Part shown: piece after piece, positions 1-64,000 of the stretch | How the letters are laid out: each line of letters opens with the position of its first letter | Position numbering within the stretch: position 1 is the first letter of the stretch | NCBI GenBank assembly: GCA_964016885.1 | Contig: OZ024740.1 | Span: 363,754,001 to 363,818,000 of the forward strand | Length of the DNA: 64,000 nucleotides | Direction of reading: 5' to 3' | Origin: Eledone cirrhosa | Lineage: Eukaryota | Notes under the pieces: generated by a model | What the model saw: the letters and a program-made list of their open reading frames with translations, nothing else | Told to the model about the DNA's origin: nothing | Databases searched by the model: none | Program-made: the position numbers and the translations under genes

Positions 1-21
1 TGTTTCTATATATATATATAT

Positions 22-353
22 ATCATCATCATCATCATTTTACGTCCGCTTTTCCCTGCTTGCAAGGGTGGGACGGGAACTGATTCTGGCTTGATTTCTA
101 CAGCTGGATGCCCTTCCTAACACCAACCTCATTTACAGTGAGTGATGGGTGCTTTTTTGCCGTGGCACCTCCACGACCACTTTGCAGTGGAATGATAGGG
201 ACTGAGATCCCTATCATCTCATTTCTACAGCTGAGTAAACTGAAGCAATGTGAAATAAAGTGTCTTGCTCAAGGAAACAACACATCACCTGGTCTGAGAA
301 TTGAACTCACAACCTTTCGATTGCAAGGCCAATGCTCTAACCACTAAGCCATG
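22..353 (-). mobile_element. tRNA-derived CORE-type SINE with RTE-like tail
   Basis: Near-identical to 18301-18628(-) and 44489-44823(+); A box TGGCTTAGTGG, B box GTTCAATTC, CORE-like CCTTGAGCAAGACACTT...CAGTTTACTCAGCTGTAGAAATG, (GAT)n tail. Confidence 0.8.
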
Positions 354-794
354 ATCCCCCATGGCTCACAAAATGTCTCACCTCTTTCTGTTTAAATCAG
401 TTGTAACTGGCCACTCATACTGATGTTAAGGTATTGTTCTCAAGATAGATACCATCAAAATCTCATAGATTCGATATTATATGTGATAATTATGTATGTT
501 AAAGTGTTTACTACCAAAATACAATAGTAAATATATAGTAATGTGAATGCTAAAGGGATAAAGGACCAGTCTTGACTTAACTCTGCCTTCCTAACAACAA
601 TTCATCTCCGACTGATCCTTTAAGACCTCCACAGGAACGCTCCCTAGATAATGGGCCTCTAAACCCCAAAATATTTGGGATAATTAAATTTGTTCATGTA
701 AAATTCTATCGCCATCTCAGCACCTCTTTAATTTTCTAATGCATTGCATGGCCTCCAAAATTATTCAAATTTATATTTCCTATTCAACAATGCT

Positions 795-816
795 ATATAT
801 ATATATGTATGTATAC

Positions 817-859
<43 letters not shown>

Positions 860-967
860 TACACATACATATTCCCACTTGATATATATATATATGTATT
901 TATATATGTATATGTATACATATGTATATATATATATGTATACATATGTATATATATATATGTATAC

Positions 968-1049
<82 letters not shown>

Positions 1050-1251
1050 GTGTGTGTATGTATACATATGTATATATATATACATATGTATATATATATA
1101 TATGTGTATATATATATATATATACGTAATATATATATATATATATGTATACATATATGTGTGTATATATATATATATACATATATATATATGTATGTAT
1201 ATATATATGTATATATATATATGTATGTATATATATATATATACAGAAACA

Positions 1252-1305
<54 letters not shown>

Positions 1306-1337
1306 CAGAAACATCTGTATGTATATATATATATATA
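795..1337. repeat. (TA)n / (TATG)n compound microsatellite
   Basis: Direct reading; source of the YI-repeat ORFs. Confidence 0.95.
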
Positions 1338-2339
1338 TCACATCCACTGATATGGATTCTGAACACATGCACACGCTTAGGTCACATTAAGGTCAACTGC
1401 AGGAATTGGTGATAAGTTACAAAAAAGTGTGATGATCAATGACCTGGAAGTTGGCTTACCATGAAATTAGTCCGAAGAATAAAACCCACATCGTATGTTG
1501 ACGAATATTCGTACTCCCGGCATGTTTATTGTAACATGCCATCTTCGAGAGTAGAGTTTATTTTGTTGATATTTCAAGGTGTTGGATCGTGGGAAGATTA
1601 ACACGAATTAAGATGATGTAACTTCTCCCCCATTATTGACACTTTGCAACAGTGAACGTTACAAGGCCCTCTTTAGGGCCAACACCTCTGATTGTTTATC
1701 TGACTTATTACGGTGAGTTTTCTCAGGTTATGTCTACTATAGGGGGAAAACGGGATTGTTTTATTGAATTGCTTCAGTCATTCGAAGGGCTTTACAAATG
1801 GTGATATACAGGGTGCTTGAACAGTACTCGGTTATAGTTTCTTCAATAATTGCGATGACTTCCTCAATTGTTCTGAGTTTGTTCTTGAGTGCTAAGGCAT
1901 TAAGTTCGCTATTCTTATACATAAGTTTGTTGAATAAGTTTGATACTCTTCGAACTCAAACTTCCCTGGCTTATTCACTCTGAATGAAGAAAGCTGGATG
2001 GAAGAAGGTCTTATGGCTTAAACAGCTATTGATAGTTCCACACAAAAAATTAATCTGCCATAAAATCACCTAGCAAAGGTTGCTATTGAAAATCCAGTAT
2101 AATCACCCAGGGCCACTAGCATTTTCAGGCACACTCTGGGAACTGCGAATAACCCCACCTTTCCCAGGTATTACCAGGTACTGCAGCTAGTATATATATA
2201 AATTGAATATAAAATTTGTTCATGACATATATCATCTGCATAGTGTCTATAATATTAATTAGGATATAATGTTGCACTGTCATATGAAAATGTTTTACAC
2301 AGTTTATGTTTACAAACTGAAATTGCCTCAGATTTTTTG

Positions 2340-3588
2340 AGAGTCAAAAGGACTTAAAATTAACCTGGCTAAGACCAAAGTTCTAGTTTGTAGGAAAGAA
2401 AACAAGGCGGCGCTCCCTTCTGGGAAATGGTCGTGCTCGGTATGTAGGAAAGGCGTAGGTAGAAACTCCATCTTATGTCCTAAATGCAAAGTATGGGTGC
2501 ATAAAAGATGTAGTGGGATCACAGGTAAGCTAACTAAGAACATAGACTTTACATGTGGCTGGTGTTCTGGTGCAATAAGTAGCAGCAAGTGCCCACAAAA
2601 TACTAGCTCTTTCAATTGCGCAGAGGGTTCTATAGAAATAGTGGACAGCTTCCGTTACCTGGGCGATAAAATCAGCAGTGGGGGAGGGTGCTCTGAAAGT
2701 ACTGTAGCTAGAGTCAGAACTGGTTGGAAAAAGTTCAGAGAGCTTATACCACTATTAGCTGCTAAAGGGTTCTCCCTAAAAATGAAAGGCAGGTTGTACG
2801 ATGCCTGCATACGAACAGCAATGTTGCATGGTAGTGAGACCTGGGCATTGTGTGCAGAGGATATACGCAGACTAGAGAGGAACGAAGCTTGCATGCTCCG
2901 CTGGATGTGTAACAGTAATATACGTGAACGGCAAAGCATAAACGAACTAAGGAAAAAATTAGAGATAAGAGGGATCAGATGTTGTTTACTCGAGAGAAGG
3001 CTGCGTTGGTATGGACACGTGATGCGCATGAAAGTCGATAGCTGTATTACAAAGTGCAGGGCAATAAAGATAGACGGTAGCCACGGAATAGGCAGACCTA
3101 GAAAAACATGGGATGAGCTGATAAACTCCGACCTCACACACTTACACCTCTCCAAGACAATGTCACTGGACCGTGACCTTTGGCGGTACTCAGTAACAGA
3201 GAAGACCCGCCTTGCCAGTAGGCATCTCTAACAAACTACACCCCGTCCCGCCACCACCCCCACCCCATCCACACCACCCCGTTCCATGTAAAGTTATGTT
3301 GGTGCCGCGCCATCCAGGCCGAAACAAACGAGATCGTGTAGGTGTCACGACAAAAAAACACACAGTCCACGCTGTAATGTGGCCGTGTAGGCAACACGGT
3401 AAAAACCTCCCAGACCCACACTGTAAATGTGGTTGGTGTTAGGAAGGGCATCCAACTGTAGAAAACCTGCCAGACAGTCCTATGCGAGCAAGACAATCAC
3501 TCTTGCCTCAAGTGGGACTACCCCCGTCCAAACCCATGCAAGCGTGGAACACGGACGTTAAACGTTGATGATGATGATGATGATGATG
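2340..3588 (+). mobile_element. 5'-truncated RTE-clade LINE, family A (young)
   Basis: ORF 2497-3231 with FRYLG, MLHGSETW, RLRWYGHVMR, GRPRKTW; near-identical to 35998-37242; (GAT)n tail. Confidence 0.92.
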
Positions 3589-3589
3589 T

Positions 3590-4163
3590 TCATTGGTGTA
3601 AAGGATTTTTTGGTGGTTCTGCTTCATATATCACTGCTAGAGTGTTACACTGTTGATTCAGGGGGCATATCTCTGGCCTTCACGAGCATCTGTCTGGTGG
3701 AAGGCTTTTGTGATATTTATGATGTTTTTGGTAGAAGATTAGCCTATTTTCACTGTATGGCAGTTCAATATTTGTTGGTATGTATGGCCTACAGGGAAGG
3801 GAAAATCTAAGAGGGCTAGGAATTTTCTACTTACATTAGTCTTCATTGAGCATGAATGGTGGTGCAAACGACGTGATGTCTTTATGTCTTGATTTTTCTT
3901 GCTGCCAGACATCCTGAAAAAAATCCCATACCACTCAGCTCATGAACCATATGTGGAACCTCAAAAATAATAGCACAGCATTCTCTATTAAGTGGAGGAT
4001 ACTGAAAAGATTCACCAATGTCAATGTGGCAAAACTTTACCGACCATGTAACTCAGAGAAGTGGAATATACTCTCACAACTGGCTTCAGGGAAATGCTGC
4101 TTAAATATACATCTCAACTGCTTCAGTTGCTGTCCTCATGAAGCAAAATTTGTTCTGAATTGA
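3590..4163. mobile_element. Penelope-like element GIY-YIG remnant, internally inverted
   Basis: + strand 3925-4163: TQLMNHMWNLK..FSIKWRIL..CNSEK..CPHEAKF (PLE endonuclease C-terminus); - strand about 3600-3700: ICPLNQQC..SSDI (upstream CPL motif). Confidence 0.55.
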
Positions 4164-4221
4164 ATTTATTTTCTTTGACTTTTCAACTTAACCCCTAGGC
4201 TCCCTGTGAAACACAAGTTTG

Positions 4222-4267
<46 letters not shown>

Positions 4268-4372
4268 TATATGTATACGTGTGTGTGTGTATGTATGTAT
4301 ATATATATATATGTGTGTATGTATTTATGTATTTGTGTGTATATGTGTTTCTATATATCTTCTTTATTACAG

Positions 4373-62801
<58,429 letters not shown>

Positions 62802-62989
62802 GTAAGAAAATCATTCTTTTAATCTTACCATTACTATATTTCTAATGAAAAATACTACCTATGATTTTTAATTAATTTTGAAAATAATCAAGAAGGATTT
62901 AGTATCATAACAAACATTTTCATGAGAAGCTTGTGTTTGGAACATAAGATGTTCTTACATAAAATTATTTTGGAATGACTAATCTCTTG

Positions 62990-64000
62990 AAGGCTTACAA
63001 GAGCAAAAGAGCAATTAAAGAGCTTAAATGTGACAAGACCACTGTGAAAGACAAAATCTGGCAGAGATGTCAAAAGCCTTAAATAGAGAAGGTATTCTTT
63101 CTCTGACTCGTGTGTGCTGAGTGGCCTGAATCTTTGGGAAGGCACCTAAGCAATTATAATTAGGTGTGATGATCTTAATTTTCAAAAAGGGAGACAAAAG
63201 ACATTGTTCCAATTATAGAGGAATCTCTTTGTTATGCCTCCTCAGTAAATTCTATGCTAAGTGTCCAGCAAAGAGATGTAGGGAGATTGTCGACTCCAAG
63301 CTAGCTGATGAATAGTGCAGTTTTCATCCCCAACGTAGCACAATGAACCAAATATTCACACTGCAGCAGTCTTCGAGAAATCGTGGGAGTATTATCAAGA
63401 AGTATATTCTAGTTTTGTAGAACTAAAAAAAGGCATATGACTGCATTCCTTGAGACCTGCTGTGGAAGGTTCTGCAGGAGTATGGGATCGATGGTGAGCT
63501 TCTTGTTGCCCTGATGTCTCTATGAATGTCTGAGTATTTGTGTTTGGATAAATTATGCTAAATTGAAATCTTTCAGTATGGGAATCAGACTCTGCCAAGA
63601 GTCTGTACTGTCAGCTCTCCTGTTCATTATTTTCATGAACAGGATTGACATACACAGCAGGGCTGGAAGTGGGATCATGACTGACAGGTGTAAAACCAGT
63701 TGTCTGGAATTTGCAGATGACATGGTATTACTTAACTCGACAGAAGGTGATCTCCAACTTGCACTTAATAGGTTTGATGCTGAGTGCTGCATGGCTGGAA
63801 AGAATTTCAACATTTTCTTTTAATAAGTGCTACAAAAACTGAGACACTTGTCCTCTCAAGGAAGCCTGCACAGTGCACTCTACATGTGAATGGCATTCCA
63901 CTGAAGCTGGTGGAGAAGTTTAAGTATCTCAGGTGTGTGTTCATGAGTGGTGGAAGACAGGAGGTTGAATTAAGTGCAAGAATTGCAGGAGCAGGTGCAG
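62990..64000 (+). mobile_element. Degenerate RTE (Expander-like) LINE running off the window
   Basis: FKKGDKRHCSNYRGISL, LEFADDMV, VEKFKYL; same family as 46928-48817. Confidence 0.85.

Noticed and set aside
641-682. Possible decayed sense-strand hammerhead (ccc TAGATAA tggg...ccc AAAA tattt ggga); similar traces near 1990 and 9425
   Set aside because: Too many core changes to tell from chance, so not counted.
744-1412. Long YI/YM-repeat ORFs here and at 25654-27788, 32566-33018, 34457-35100, 37213-37507
   Set aside because: Translations of (TA)n/(TATG)n microsatellites, which lack stop codons; not genes.
1340-1985. Possible Penelope or other coding remnant
   Set aside because: Composition suggests a TE fragment, but I could not read a diagnostic motif.
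2655-3155. Antisense ORFs over RTE, Tigger and CR1 sequences (e.g. 36313-36813, 31684-32175, 52154-52594)
   Set aside because: Shadow frames of TE coding strands with no independent motifs.

Overview
AT-rich animal genomic DNA, most likely a coleoid cephalopod (octopus-like), inferred from the CORE-SINE/RTE content and very dense (TA)n arrays. The window lies inside one large + strand gene. I can read 18 GT-AG exons (4373-62801) that splice into a continuous frame encoding a run of six MAM domains (first and last incomplete), with no LDLa modules between them. The introns, above all a 21.1-kb intron (18156-39303), are filled with mobile DNA, mostly inserted into TA microsatellites. These include young RTE LINEs with a PHD finger inside the RT, an R4/Dong-type LINE with a 26-bp TSD, a CR1/L2-type LINE, Penelope remnants, a Tigger/pogo transposon, non-autonomous Helitrons, piggyBac and hAT MITEs, and two tRNA-derived SINE families. 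The most striking unannotated signal is about 10 type I hammerhead ribozyme motifs from several unrelated sequence families, many in small inverted-repeat-ended inserts. Most are antisense to the host gene. The only intact sense-strand copy is locked in a 130-bp palindrome facing its own antisense twin. All coordinates were read by eye and no database search was possible.
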